From the NCBI GenBank assembly GCA_951406725.2, contig OX597815.1:166718001-166782000 (forward strand): a stretch of 64,000 bases of DNA. Reading direction: 5' to 3'. Made by a program: the position numbers and the translations under genes. The DNA comes from Octopus vulgaris (lineage: Eukaryota). This document shows, piece after piece, positions 1 through 13,051 of this stretch; position 1 is the first letter of the stretch, and every line of letters starts with the position of its first letter. The notes under the pieces were generated by a model. That model had not been told where the DNA came from. It searched no databases and worked only from the letters and a program-made list of their open reading frames with translations.

Positions 1-34
1 CCACTACTAATGTTGCTGTTCTTGTTGTTGTTGT

Positions 35-67
<33 letters not shown>

Positions 68-121
68 CAGCAACACCGCACCCACCACCACCACTACTAA
101 TGTTGCTGTTCTTGTTGTTGT

Positions 122-153
<32 letters not shown>

Positions 154-279
154 TTACAACCAGCAAAACCACACCCACCACCACCACTACTAATGTTGCT
201 GCTACTAGTACTTCTACCAGCAACACCACACCTATCACCACCACTACTAATGTTGCTGTTGTTGTTGTTGCTGCTGCTG

Positions 280-325
<46 letters not shown>

Positions 326-346
326 TACTACTACTACTACTACTAT

Positions 347-403
<57 letters not shown>
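1..403. repeat. Compound (CTA)n/(TTG)n/(CCA)n microsatellite with a higher-order 60-90 bp unit
   Basis: The block ccactactaatgttgct recurs at about 1, 91, 184 and 241 among CTA/TTG runs. The poly-Leu ORF 10..417 is its translation. Confidence 0.9.
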
Positions 404-1030
404 AAAGACATGTGTAGGTGGTGTGCATACAGTTACACATTCTCATACAGCTTTATAAACCTCTCCAGGAAGAAAGTATAAAAGTCTCAAACAAACGCGC
501 GCGCACATACACAGACGGTCACACACACACACACACACTCACATTTACAAACACATATATGTATACTTGCATGATAAAGTTAATCCTTACAGAGTTACAA
601 ATCTATGATTGTAAATGCATAGGCTGCATTAAATTCTAACAAAATCTGGTTACATACACCAACATCTCGTACATCTAAAACGCATTTTCAAACAAACAAA
701 TCTATGCTCATAGATATGCACACAACCCAATACATATGCGTTGATACGCACTAAGATAAGCGCATATATACAACAGTTTCAAAGTTCATTCACACGTTAA
801 CAACATACACTTAATCCATACACACGCAAACATACACGCAAATACTTACATGCATAGGAATATAGACGTAAACCAATCTAGTTATCTCGTAATCTAAGAA
901 CAAACCAAACTAATTTATCAAAATCCGAAAATTAATTTCAAACCAGTATTTCGGTTATCAATATACACACTTCAACGCGTATATCTACTCGTTTCTCATT
1001 TACACTCTCACACTCTTTCTAACCTTTTTA

Positions 1031-1161
<131 letters not shown>

Positions 1162-1386
1162 TACACTTGCACACATAAATATATGTGCCCCATTTATATA
1201 TCTGTCTAGTTATATTTCTGTGTATATGCTATACGAATGTATATTTACATGTTAATATGTACACGTATGTATAGAACTTACATATGTATACACAAACACA
1301 TGATTACGTCTTTATGCCAACACCAATAGATTATCTGCATCTCGCCGAGTCATATATACAGAGGCATTGAAAGAAAACCGAACCAA

Positions 1387-1390
<4 letters not shown>

Positions 1391-1419
<29 letters not shown>

Positions 1420-1460
1420 TGTATGTATGTATGTATGTATGTATGTATGTATGTATGTAT
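1391..1460. repeat. (ATGT)n microsatellite
   Basis: Visible directly. Confidence 0.95.
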
Positions 1461-2022
1461 GCATGCATGTATGGATGTGTGAGTGTTTGTGTATGTGTGT
1501 GCGAATGTTTCTATGTGTGTATATGTCTGTATGTATATACACACGCACACACATATACATACACATGCACACACTGAACAAGTTTTCTTGCGACTCGAGT
1601 TTCATGCCAATGCAATTTTCAGGCGAGTGCTAATATTCTTTCAATGCTTGTGTTTATTTTACATATGTTGGAGTGAGATCGTCCATGTCTCAAAGGTTAC
1701 AATTTTCATTGGTCGGTTTCCGATGTATTTTGGTGGGGGTGATGGAGCTACGTTTAATATGTCTCCTGTTTTCATTGGTTGCACTTCAGTGGCGTTTCAT
1801 TGTTTTGCTTCCGAAGGATTTATCTATGATCGTCGTCGTTTCATTTGCTAATTTGCTTTCTGCATTATCTATACTTTGGTAATCTTCACTGATGTTTTAC
1901 TATATGTTGTTTTCTTGTTTTAATTTCTGGTTTTCTAGTTGTCTAGTTTTTGTTCTATTCCTGATTTGGCGATATCCAATTTTGCTTCGGAGTACTTATG
2001 CCATATTTACTATATATAGTAA

Positions 2023-2131
<109 letters not shown>

Positions 2132-2920
2132 CACACACAATCACACACTCATTTGCGTGCATGTGTACGTTTGTGTATGTGTATGTTTGTGTGTGTGTGT
2201 ATATATCGCTATAGCTTGATAGTGAGAAAGTACAAATAGAAATAAAAAGGGAGGGACTATGAATTCTATGACTGTTGCAACAATAAATAAATAAATGAAT
2301 TAAAATATTTTTTAAAAACTATGAAACTTTTCTATTTAAGCTGCGATAAAGCGGGATAAGCCTTCAGTTTATAAACCAGTAAATATATGAAGTTAAAGAA
2401 AGCTGCTTGTGCTTTCAGAGATGTTAATCTTTTATGAATTATTGCAAAGAGGCCATATTTCGTGATTAGTGGAAGTATAGGGATTAGTAATGGGAAGTAA
2501 AGAGTAAGAGTAAAATAGAATTTGAGATATAATTATTTAATTAAAATAACGTTTGATGCAAAATAACTAAATAACAAGAAAATCTAGTCGAATTGTAGAC
2601 AAACCACGTAGAGCTAGAAAATTATGAATAAGTTTTTCTTCTCAGTAAATTTAGAATAAGTGTGTAAGTTTAAACAAACGCAAATAATGAGTGTGTAATC
2701 CCATAACAAGATGAGCGAGTAGATTTGTAAGCAAGCCGTATAGAGCCAAAAGAAATAATGTTATAGAGTTTCTCTCTTGGTGAATCACTGGAGAAATAAT
2801 TATTTATTTAGATAAACAGTAAACATAAATAATATTCATGTACAATGTTGATAGTAAATTTATAATAGTCCAAATACAAGGTGTATAGTTTTGTATAATT
2901 AGGGTTGTTAATATCTTTAT

Positions 2921-2995
2921 ATAGCAGCGAATTGGCAGAATCGCTACCGCGCCGGGGAAAATGCTTTATTGCATTTCTTCTGACTTTACGTTCTG
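2921..2995 (+). mobile_element. 5' fragment of tRNA-derived SINE family M (Meta-domain-like)
   Basis: gcgaattggcagaatcgctaccgcgccgggg...aaatgctt matches the head of the copies at 9429 and 32409. Confidence 0.7.
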
Positions 2996-3112
2996 TTGAT
3001 GCTCGGCATATAATGTATAATTTTTATTATATATGTTTAATACCTCTGTTCTGGAGAGAAATGTTTCTTGAAAAGGTTGTAAGTTATTTCTACAACTGCT
3101 CTTAGTACGACT

Positions 3113-3374
3113 GTGGAGGCGCATGGCTTAGTGGTTAGGGTGTCAACACCATGATCGTAAGATTATGGTTTCGATTCCTAGATCGGGCGACGCGTTGTGT
3201 TCTTGAGCAAAACCCTTCAATTCACGTTGCTCTAGTCCACTCAGCTGGCAAAAATGAGTAACGCTGCGATGGACGGGCGTCCCGTCCAGCTGGGGAACAC
3301 AAACACCATAGAAACCGGAAAACCGAGCCCATGAGCCTGGCCAGGCTTTAAAAGGGCGCATTTATTATATTTTT
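3113..3374 (+). mobile_element. Full-length tRNA-derived SINE with CORE-like and V-domain-like segments
   Basis: A box tggcttagtgg, B box gtttcgattcc, V-like ctgcgatggacgggcgtcccgtccag. Probable TSD cttagtacgact (3101) / cttactacgact (3376). Confidence 0.85.
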
Positions 3375-3849
3375 TCTTACTACGACTAATTTTCAAGGTA
3401 GATTAAACCAGGTTGTATCTTATACTTCAGTTATCTATTTGTGGTGCTGATTCTTTTAGCACTAAAAGCCTTTAATTTCATTTTGGGATCCACTATGGAA
3501 AAGAGAATCATTAAAGTGCTTGAAAGTGTTACTAAAGCTATATTGGTTAGTAAATATCTAAGATGACTTGAGGTAAATATTTGAAACTAAATTAGTCTTA
3601 ATATTGAAGAGATTAAGAATGTTTTATGATTGTAGTGTAGTGTCAAATTTGATTTGCAGTAAGAAAAATTTAATGAATTACTAAAGTTTGTAAAATTTTC
3701 TGGAATATGTCAGCCTGATGAGGTTTGAATGATACAACAATATGCATTGAGTCAACATTCCAGGACCAACTCAAAAACGTCACCATCTTTTTGATGCAAA
3801 TTATCCCTCAAATATAATTAATTTATGTAGTCGAATTTAATTTAGGTAT

Positions 3850-3912
3850 TACATGTACATGTATATGTATATGCACATATATTAAATATATATGTTTATG
3901 TATGTATGTATG

Positions 3913-3946
<34 letters not shown>

Positions 3947-4015
3947 TGTATGTATGTATGTATGTATGTATGTATGTATATATATATATATACCTCGTTC
4001 AGAGATTTATTTTTG

Positions 4016-4092
<77 letters not shown>

Positions 4093-4150
4093 GAGAATAT
4101 ATGTACGTTTGTCTCAATATGCTTATATATGTATGTATGTATGTATGTAT
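3850..4150. repeat. Compound (TATG)n/(TA)n microsatellite
   Basis: Visible directly. Confidence 0.9.
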
Positions 4151-4420
4151 GCTTAAGCACCTATACATTACGAGCTAAAATATATATCCGTCATCTGATT
4201 GTAAGGTAATATATCGTTATGAAACCATGATAATTATCAACCAACTTCTGTGTATTGTTTTAAGGGATTTATCTTTGAATGCAGTTTGTCACCAAATCAT
4301 TAATCTGTACATGAATACTTGCTCTGTTACAAAATTTATACACTCAAAAACTCACTGTTGTTTCTATTGACGTTCTTACAAATTATTACATTCATGCATC
4401 CATTCTTTCTTGCTTTCTTA

Positions 4421-4558
4421 CCACCACCGCCACCACCACCACCACCACCACCACCACCACCACCACCACCGCCACCGCCACCACCACCACCACCACCACC
4501 ACCACCACCGCCGCCGCCGCCACCACCACCACCTCTACTACTACTACTACTACCACCA

Positions 4559-4589
<31 letters not shown>

Positions 4590-4734
4590 CACCACCACCA
4601 CCACCACCACCACCACCACCACCACCACCACCACCACCACCACCACCACCACCACTATTACTACTACCACCGCCACCGCCACCGCCACCGCCGCCGCCGC
4701 CACCACCACCACCACCACCACCACCACCACCACC

Positions 4735-4789
<55 letters not shown>

Positions 4790-4790
4790 A
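4421..4790. repeat. (CCA)n/(CCG)n/(CTA)n trinucleotide tract
   Basis: Visible directly. It is the source of the poly-Pro/His/Gly/Val ORFs. Confidence 0.95.
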
Positions 4791-4807
4791 TATTAATAAT
4801 AACAATA

Positions 4808-5016
4808 ATCCTTTCTATTAAAGGCACAAGGCCTGAAATTTTGAGGGAGCGGACTAGCTGATTACATCAACTCAAAAGTCCAACTGGAACTTATTTTATC
4901 GTCCCTGAAAAGCTGAAAGCAAAGTCAACCTCAGCGGGATTTCAACTCAGAATGTAAATATGGATAGATGCTGCTGAGAATTTAGTATGGTGTGTTTATG
5001 GTTCTGCCAGCTCACC
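4808..5016 (-). mobile_element. SINE family M copy
   Basis: Reverse complement of head (ctgccagctcacc), central aaagcaaagtcaacctc and tail ggcacaaggcctgaaatt. Confidence 0.85.
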
Positions 5017-5024
5017 AACCCGGA

Positions 5025-5935
5025 GTCTCAAAATGTGCCACGGTGGTGATGAGACGAGGAAAACTAGTCAGGACTGAAAGGATATGGTTGCCAAGTGGTG
5101 AAATGATGAAAGCAATTCAGCCTAAATCCAGCTATAAATACCTGGGAATAATCGAGGCAGATGGAATCAAATATGACGACATGAAGGAAAAGACAAAAAG
5201 AGAATATCTGCGGCGAGTGAGAAAAATATTTGCTTCAAAGACGGACGCCATAAACATAATTTCGGTAATAAACTCGCGTGCAGTCGCAGTAGTTCGGTAT
5301 AGAGCTGGAATCCTGAAGTGAACAGAGGAGGAACTAAAGGAGATGGACAGGAAAGCTTCTAACGATGCATGATGCCCATCATCCACGTGCGGACATTGAT
5401 CGCCTGTATATGAACAGAGAAAATGGAGTAAGAGGACTGATAAGGTGGGAGACTGCGTTCGTATCGAACTCGAGAGCATAATGAGATACCTAGCCCAAAG
5501 TAAGGAAACCTTGATAGCGACAGTTGGGAACGAGGGAGTATTGAAAGCAGAGAAAAAAGGAAAAGCAAAGACAGGACCTCGAAATTGAAACACAAAAGAT
5601 GTGGCATCTTAAAGAGAGAACTATTCCTGTTATTGCAGGTGCCCTGTGTATGATAAAACATAGGGATGTCAGAAACATCGAGATAACATCCCAGGAGTAC
5701 TATGTCTCAGAGAAACTGAAAAGATTGTGCTGACAAGTACTGCCCACATCCTTAGAAAAGCCTATCAATTTAAATGTCTGTGTTGTATTACATGAGTATA
5801 TTTCACTAGTGCACCTGCCACATCCCCGCCCCAAGTTTTCAGTCATACTGTAACATTTCTTATCCTTCACTCGCCCTAGGACGGTGGGTGTGACTCGGAA
5901 AGTGATTGTAACAAACATGCAGACTAAAAGTATTT
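5025..5935 (+). pseudogene. R4/Dong-clade non-LTR retrotransposon, truncated 3' part
   Basis: KCATVVMRRGK..YKYLGIIEAD..EYLRRVRKI..INSRAVAVVRYRAGIL, HPRADIDRLY..RGLI and C-terminal KIVLTSTAHILRK. It has stops and deletions and ends in (CAA)n/(TAA)n. Confidence 0.85.
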
Positions 5936-5981
5936 AACAACAACAACAACAACAACAGCATTAATAATAACAACAATAATA

Positions 5982-6172
5982 ATGGTTTCAAAGTTTGGCA
6001 AGGCTAGCAATTCCAAGGGAGGGTATAAATCGATTACATTGACTCCAGTGTTCGGCTGGTATTTATTTTATAAGACTACGAAAAGCAAAGCTGACCTCGG
6101 AGGATTTGAGCTTAGCACATAAAGAGCCGGAAGAAATGCCGCTAAGTATTTTGTTCGGCGCATTAAGGATTA
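5982..6172 (-). mobile_element. SINE family M copy
   Basis: aaagcaaagctgacctcggaggatttgagc...aaatgccgctaagtatttt. Confidence 0.75.
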
Positions 6173-6289
6173 CCTTTTTTATAAACTATATAGTACAGAG
6201 CGATACAGTATGGAATTACATAAAAAGCGTGTAACAAACAGTAAAAAATAAAACCAAGAAAATGTGACTGAATTCCCCCTCCTCGCACC

Positions 6290-6406
6290 GTGGTCGACAT
6301 TGCCTTTCATCTTCTCAGGATCGATAGAATAAGTAGCAGTTGAGCACTGGAGTCCATGCAATCGATTTATCCCTGCCTTTAAAATTGCCTTGTGCCACAA
6401 ATTTGA
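6290..6406 (+). mobile_element. SINE family M, 3' half
   Basis: ggtcgacattgcctttcatc...gccttgtgccacaaatttgaa. Confidence 0.75.
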
Positions 6407-6412
6407 ATATAT

Positions 6413-6574
6413 AGGCGTAGGAGTGGCTGTGCGGTAAGTAGCTTGCTTACCAATTACATGGTTCCGGGTTCAGTCCCACTGCGTGACACCTTGAGCAAGT
6501 GTCTTCTACTATAGCCTCGGGCCAACCAAAGCCTTGTGAGTTGATTTGGTAGATGGAAACTGAAAGAAGCTCGT

Positions 6575-6624
<50 letters not shown>

Positions 6625-6910
6625 CATATATGTATGTATGTATGTCTGTCTGTATGTATGTATGTTTGTATATATGTATGCATGTGTGTGTGTGTATATG
6701 TTTGTGTGTCTGTGTTTGAACCCCAACATCGCTTGACAACCGACGGTGGTGTGGTGTGGTGTGTTTACGTCCCCGTAACCTACCGGTTTGGCAAAAGAGA
6801 CAAATAGCATAAGTACTAGGCATCCAAAGAATAAGTTCTGGGGTCGATTTGTTCGCCTAAAGGCGGTGCTCCAGCATGGCCACAGTCATTTGACTGAAAC
6901 AAGTAAAAGA
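6413..6910 (+). mobile_element. Full-length SINE family C (tRNA head, CORE-like segment, internal TA/TG microsatellite, LINE-like tail)
   Basis: ggagtggctgtgcggtaag, ggttcagtccca, accttgagcaagtgtcttc, internal microsatellite, tail gcggtgctccagcatggccacagtcatttgactgaaacaagtaaaaga. Confidence 0.9.
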
Positions 6911-6912
6911 GT

Positions 6913-7005
<93 letters not shown>

Positions 7006-7172
7006 AGCTAGCTAGTGAGATAGATAGATAGGTAGATAGATGCAATATATATATATATATATAGTTTCTTGCTTTTATGTAATTTAACTACGCACACACA
7101 CATACACATATGTGTGCATATGTATATCGAGCCATTTGTCTATCGATCTATCTACATATATGTATGTGTGCG

Positions 7173-7237
<65 letters not shown>

Positions 7238-7488
7238 AACACACACATACATACATGCATACATACATACATACATACATACATACATACATACATACAT
7301 ACATACATACACATACATACATACATATAAAATAATGTTGCAGTGAAAGACTATGGAAAGACATACAGAAAACAAGGAAACACACAAAAGACGTGAAGAC
7401 GATCAACCACCATCAGTTTTCGACAAAAACTCACGCACATAAATGAATACACGTGCATGTGAGTGTGTGCGTGTGTGTGTGTGTGTGT

Positions 7489-7519
<31 letters not shown>

Positions 7520-7520
<1 letters not shown>

Positions 7521-7727
7521 TTATGTGTTTGTGTTTGTCCCCCCCAACCATCGCTTGACAACCGATGCTGGTGTGTTTACGTCCCCGTAACTTAGCGGTT
7601 CGGCAAAAAGGACCGATAGAATAAGTACTAGGCTTACAAAGAATAAGTCCTGGGGGGTCGATTTGCACGACTAAATGCGGTGCTCCAGCATGGCCACAGT
7701 CAAATAAACGACTGAAATAAGTAAAAG
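7520..7727 (+). mobile_element. SINE family C, 3' half
   Basis: catcgcttgacaaccgatgctgg...gcggtgctccagcatggccacagtc. Confidence 0.85.
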
Positions 7728-8177
7728 CGTATATAAATATACGCCATTGCATATGAGAGCGTGCATGTATGTATGTATGTATGTATGTATGTATGTATGT
7801 ATATATGTGTGTGTGTTTGTGTGTGTGTATGTGTGTGCATCTGTATCGGCATCGGCACACCACATGTAATTGCCATAGTGACGAAATTGTTCCAGTCCTA
7901 TAAGGCCTCCCATTTGTGTAAACACACCCGTGCACATATATTTTTAAGCAAATCACATTGCATGCATAAATGCCTATTCAATATAGGCAATATTCAATGT
8001 GACAGTATCAGTGGATGTTTGTGCGTTTCTTGTTATAGATATTTGTATATCCGTGTGGAAATATTCCCCGTGTTTATGTCATAGGTGCTTTTTTCTTCCG
8101 GTCACTCGTATTTCCTATCTTCCTTGTTGACGGAATGTTCTATGACAATCCCCCTGCAGCACCCATCTCTGCTAAAC

Positions 8178-8980
8178 ACCCACCACCACTACCACCACCA
8201 CCACCACCACCACCATCATCGCTACTGTCGCCGCCATCACCAACACCACCACTATCAACTATAGCCACCACCACCACCACCACCACCACCACCACCACCA
8301 TCATCGCTACCGTCGCCGCCATCGCCAACATCACCACTATCAACTATAGCCACCACCACCACCACCACCTCCACCACAATCAAGAAGAAGAGCAACAACA
8401 ACTACACACCAACACAACAATAAATAAATAAATGAATAAATAAATAAATAAATATCAATACCATCACCGCCGCTATCACCAAAACTCCTCTACTACCCCT
8501 CAAACAAACTACCACCACTACCACCACCACCATCACCACCACCACCACCACCACCACCACCACCACCACCACCAGAACCACCACCACCACCACCACCACC
8601 ACCACCACCACCACCACCACCACCACCACCACCACAACCAGTACCACCACCACCACCACCACCACCACAACCAACAACAATAACAACAGCAACAGCAACA
8701 ACAGCATTGCTACATCTATTACTAACACCAACACAAACGCCACCATCACCATAGTCACCATCAGCGCCATCATCATCGTTATTTCCACTACCAGCGGCAG
8801 CAGTAGCATTGCCGCCATCATCACCACCACCACCACCACTACCACCACCACCACCACCATCACTACTGTCAGTCACCACGACATCCATCACTAACACCAA
8901 CATCATCGCCATCACCACCATAATCACCATCAGCCACCACCACCACCACCACCACCACCGCCACCACCACTACTACTAAC
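8178..8980. repeat. Degenerate (CCA)n/(TCA)n/(CAA)n tract
   Basis: Visible directly. Confidence 0.85.
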
Positions 8981-9214
8981 TCCATCTGCACAAAGCTAGT
9001 CGACATCAGGTTTATGTCAACATTACCAATACGGAGTGTTAGTAAGTCATAGAGTTGACTGTCCCATTTGGATAACCATGTCTCCAATCGCATAACACCA
9101 CCGAGTAATACCAATCCCTTATCACTATATACACCCATTACTTAATGCTCGGTACTTATATTTCGTACGTAATTTTTCTTTTCTGAAACAGTGTTGTTGT
9201 TGTTGTTGTTGTTG

Positions 9215-10150
9215 AGGCAGCAAACTGGCAGGATGGTTAGCACACCGCACAAGATGCTTTCTTGGCGGCATTTCTTCAGGCGAGTTCAAATTCCGTCGAA
9301 TTCGACTTCGCCTTTTTATCATTTTGGAGTCTATAATACTACAGGTACCAGTTTAATACTGGGGGTCGATGAATCGACAAGCCCCTCGTCCTGAATTCAG
9401 AAAGAATTATTATAATCACTGTTTGTTAAGGCGGCGAGCTGGCAGAATCGTTACCGAGCCAGACAAAATGCTCAGCGACATATCTTCCAGTTTTTCGTAA
9501 TGAGTTCAAATAACGCCAAGATCGTCTTTGCCTTTTATCCTTTCGGAGTTGATGAATTGAGAAGCCCCCTTCTACACCCCGCTCCAAATTTCAGATCTTG
9601 TGCCTATAGGATTTTTTTTTTGCCCACATGAGGGCTAAACATAGAGGGGACAAACAAGAACAGATAGGGATTTAAGTCGATTATATCGACCCCAGTGCAT
9701 AACTGGTACTTATTTAATCGACCCCGAAAGGATGAAAGGCAAAGTCGACCTCGGCGGAATTCGAACTCAGAACATGGCAGACTAAATGCCGCTAAGTATT
9801 TCGCCCGGCGCGCTAACGACTCTGCCAGCTCGCCATAGGATTATTATAATTACTGCTTATTAAGTGGCGAGCTGGCAGATTCATTACCACGTCAGACAAA
9901 AATGCTTAGCGGCATTTCGTTTTGAGTTCGAATTCCACCGAGATCGTTCGATTTCGCCTTTTATCCTCCGGAGTTGATAAAATAAATAATAGTTGAGCAC
10001 TGGTACCGATGTAATCGACTAGCTCCATCTCCAAGATTTCAGGCTTTGTGCCTATAACAAAAAGGCGAAAAGATCATCATTATTATCATTAAGGCAGCGA
10101 ACTGGTGGTATCGCAAACACGCCGGACAAAATGCTTAGCGCATTATTTAG
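9215..10150 (+). mobile_element. Head-to-tail cluster of four older SINE family M copies (about 9215, 9429, 9863, 10091)
   Basis: Repeated ggc(a/g)gcga(g/a)ctggcag heads separated by (ATT)-rich tails. Confidence 0.85.
9614..9834 (-). mobile_element. Younger SINE family M copy (gtttgtcccc-type tail) nested in the tail of another copy
   Basis: Near-consensus sequence with 8-bp TSD ataggatt at 9606-9613 and 9835-9842. Confidence 0.9.
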
Positions 10151-10319
10151 GCTGACAGAATTGTTTGCGCAGGCAAAATTTCCTTAGCGTTTTGTTAGTT
10201 ACGGCTATTGAAGTGAACTCTACCATTCATATTACAAGTGTTGACAAATATAGTACTAGTTACTGTATTAATTGATTATACCCTCCCTCAAAGTTTCCGG
10301 CCTTGTGTTTAAATTTGCT

Positions 10320-10320
<1 letters not shown>

Positions 10321-10374
<54 letters not shown>

Positions 10375-10408
10375 AAATAATGATAATGATGATGATGATG
10401 ATGATGAT
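10321..10408. repeat. (TAA)n/(TGA)n microsatellite
   Basis: Visible directly. Confidence 0.9.
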
Positions 10409-10790
10409 TGTTGGCATCCTTTTGTCTTGGGAGACAATGGAGTTGCGCATAAACTAATCCAGTCTGGTTTTTACATTTCATGTCCTCTTCAGTTTCTTCT
10501 CCAGTCTTGCGCAGGCCTGAGCTAGATGTAAGAAAATCCTGGGTAGCCCAATCGTCAGGATTCCTCTCTTGACATTGCTGATGTAGTCCAAAGGAGTGCA
10601 GAGCATAACGTTTGGCACCAGCTTGGTTGCAGGAGCTGCCGGAAGAGTGTCGAATCGAACACCAAACCACTTACGGGACTCTACTCCGGATTTCTTTGAA
10701 GGTTGTATCCTTTCCGTAACCCTGGATAGGGGCACTTACTGGGTACAGTCAGCCGGAGCTGAAGTAGTGAAGAAAATCGCCTCTCACTAC

Positions 10791-10792
<2 letters not shown>
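10406..10792 (-). mobile_element. Short bipartite RTE-derived non-autonomous element (5'UTR-like part fused to 3' tail)
   Basis: Minus strand has caagctggtgccaaacgttatgctc..cctttggactacatcagc (RTE/BovB 5'UTR-like, from memory) and ends ccattgtctcccaagacaaaaggatgccaac + (TCA)n (RTE-like tail). No ORF. Confidence 0.6.
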
Positions 10793-10866
<74 letters not shown>

Positions 10867-10917
10867 AACAATGATGATGATGATAATAATAATAATAATA
10901 ATAATCATAATAATAAT

Positions 10918-11933
10918 TTCTTTTATTTATCATTAGCGCCAAGGATAAGGGGGCAATACAAAGACAGACATAAAGTGTGGGGGTTTACATATGATGGAAT
11001 GATTATTAAGAAAAAATGTATACACGGTATACATTAGAAGAAGGGAAGTATACATAGTATACGACTCTAAAAAAAATGTTATAGTTATGGGGTTCCCCTG
11101 ATACCGGAGGAATTCTAGTGATCATCGAGCAACCCCACCATCTAAGATTACTCTGAATACCGAGGACGGGTGCCTTTTCTAACTCCTCTCTTCCGACTCA
11201 CAGGTCTACACTGAAAGTGGTATCATCCACTCTTGCCATTTTCGTAACTTTCACCCATCTCTTCATAAATCCACTCAAGAACAGATACTTCCCACTCCAC
11301 CCTCATTTTCCTTTTCAAGTGAAACTTGAAAAAGTCGATGAGGGTTTTACCAATGAGTAATGTTTCTGTCCTCATTCCTTTCAACCTCTTTCGCCACAGC
11401 CACCAGACAAAAGAAAACTGCCTTGCATGATCGATTAAAGGAATGCGGCGGGGCAATCATCATTATGGACTCGGCTGGCAGACGGATTCGTCCCACACGC
11501 GACAATAGCTGTTCAACATAACTCCACAAGTCAGCAATGCCCAGACACTGAACTAGTGCATGCAGAATGGTTTCGTCGCTCTGCGAGCACCTCGAACAAG
11601 TCTGTCTGATAGCACATCTGTGCCTGTAGAGTTTATCTCGAACCGGTAACGTGCCCCGGTAGCAATGCCAGGCCAGAGACTAATGGAAATTAATCCATAA
11701 CAGTCTTTTGGAATAGACTTGCCAGTTCGTGTTTGTCGACGCCTAGGGTCTCCCCGAGGATGTCGTCGCACTTCTCCGGTACTAATCCTTTGTGAATATC
11801 TAAAGTGGAACATCTACCAATCCTATAGTCCAACTTGTAGAGAGCAGTGAGCGCCTGACGACATTCTAAGCGCCAGGCGCCCAGTCTCGGCCTATACTTT
11901 ACCCAGGACTCCAATTCTGATGGCTGCTCGCCT
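10918..11933 (-). pseudogene. L1/Tx1-clade LINE 3' end (zf-RVT region plus 3'UTR)
   Basis: Joined frames give AWHCYRGTLPVRDKLYRH..TCSRCSQSDETILHALVQC..LWSYVEQLL, the CxxC..H..C zinc finger of L1/Tx1 ORF2. The tail runs into (ATT)n. Confidence 0.85.
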
Positions 11934-12014
11934 TAAGAAGAAGAAGAAAAAGAAGAAAAAGAACAACAACAACAACAACAAAAAGATGAACATCAACAAA
12001 AATAACAATAGTAA

Positions 12015-12775
12015 TACCGGACCATGTCCAATCCATGCTATAAACTTATGATACTGGAAGCGAAGACAGCTGATTACAGCTAATAGAAAGCAAAAATGGG
12101 AAACTGAATTATTAATTTTAGCCGCTCAGAAACGAGCCATTAATATGATTTGATAATGATAACATTTGACAAAATTCTGTCAGACAGCAAATACAGAATG
12201 TGTAGAAAAGGAGACAAAAATATCAATAATTTTCTAAGTGAGTGCAGTTAGCTAGCACAAAATGAGTATACATGCACACATGATTGAATTAGGTAAAGTG
12301 TGTTACGATGTTAGTCTGTAGATTTCAAGGAAGAGAAAAGTGGTTTGAACACAGACCAAAGGCGGTCATCTTGAATGATAATTATATAATTTTATGAGAT
12401 TCCTTAATAAAGACAGAATTTTATTGTAGCTAGGGCATCAGATATGCTCATAAAGAAAAAAACTAGTGGCGGCTTTGTAATCTTGTATGAAAGAAGAGTG
12501 AAGTTCAGAAAAACTGGAAAAATTCAGAAATACACGGAACTTCTAGAGAGCGAGATTTTGGAACACAAGAGTAAAAATTTGTTCTTATTGCACTTGGCGC
12601 ATTCGGCACAAAGTTCGAGCCACTGCGAAGCGGAAAGAAATTGGTATTGATACACTGAGGGGTAGTAGACTGTCGATCTGTAGAAAAGTGTGATATCCTT
12701 TACTCTACTCTGCAAGAAACCCAAGAAAGATTCTTGGGATTTGAAGAAACTTGTCGCCAAGTTTCTTCAAATCTA
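12015..12775 (+). pseudogene. Degraded R4/Dong LINE 3' part (CCHC knuckle and REL endonuclease)
   Basis: ETELLILAAQ..YRMCRKGDKNINNFLSECS.LAQNEY..HD, KWFEHRPKAVILNDNYIIL and KIQKYTEL. Confidence 0.75.
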
Positions 12776-12904
12776 ATAACTTTTCAGGAGAGGGTTAGTT
12801 GATTAAATTAACCCCAGCAAAACTCTTATAATGTGGATTCGTGTCTAAATAAGTTGTTAATTATTACTAAACTCAATGTATGAATGCTTGCTTTACGTTC
12901 TTAC

Positions 12905-13051
12905 TTGATGGGGTTGGGGTCATCCCAGGATAGTGGTCTCATCATGCGTGGAGCCGACCGCCTTGGAGAATGCAGAGGGGATGGCAGGGGATCGCCAACG
13001 AAGGAGAGCACTGGTGGACCTGGTCAACTCTACGCATAATGGCAATGTATA
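12905..13051 (+). pseudogene. RTE-type LINE C-terminal remnant
   Basis: WGWGHPRI..ALENAEGMAGDRQRRRALV resembles the RTE terminal motif RGRP..A.DR..WR.LV. Confidence 0.55.

Noticed and set aside
1580-2020. Strand-skewed island with ORFs 1483..1851 and 1673..1882
   Set aside because: No recognisable motif in the frames read. It is probably a decayed retroelement but cannot be assigned.
2315-2372. Minus-strand CUGAAGG...GAAAAGUUUC
   Set aside because: The core is mismatched and there is no convincing helix I or II.
3711-3790. CUGAUGA followed by AAAACGUC
   Set aside because: No GAAA and no helix I pairing. At best a very decayed hammerhead.
4188-4237. CUGAUUG...GAAACCAUGAUA near TA repeats
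   Set aside because: Several core changes and weak helices, not distinguishable from chance.
8039-9138. Possible Pro/His- or Gly-rich coding exon(s)
   Set aside because: The open frames come from CCA repeats, and the unique flanks give no recognisable protein or coherent splice pairs.
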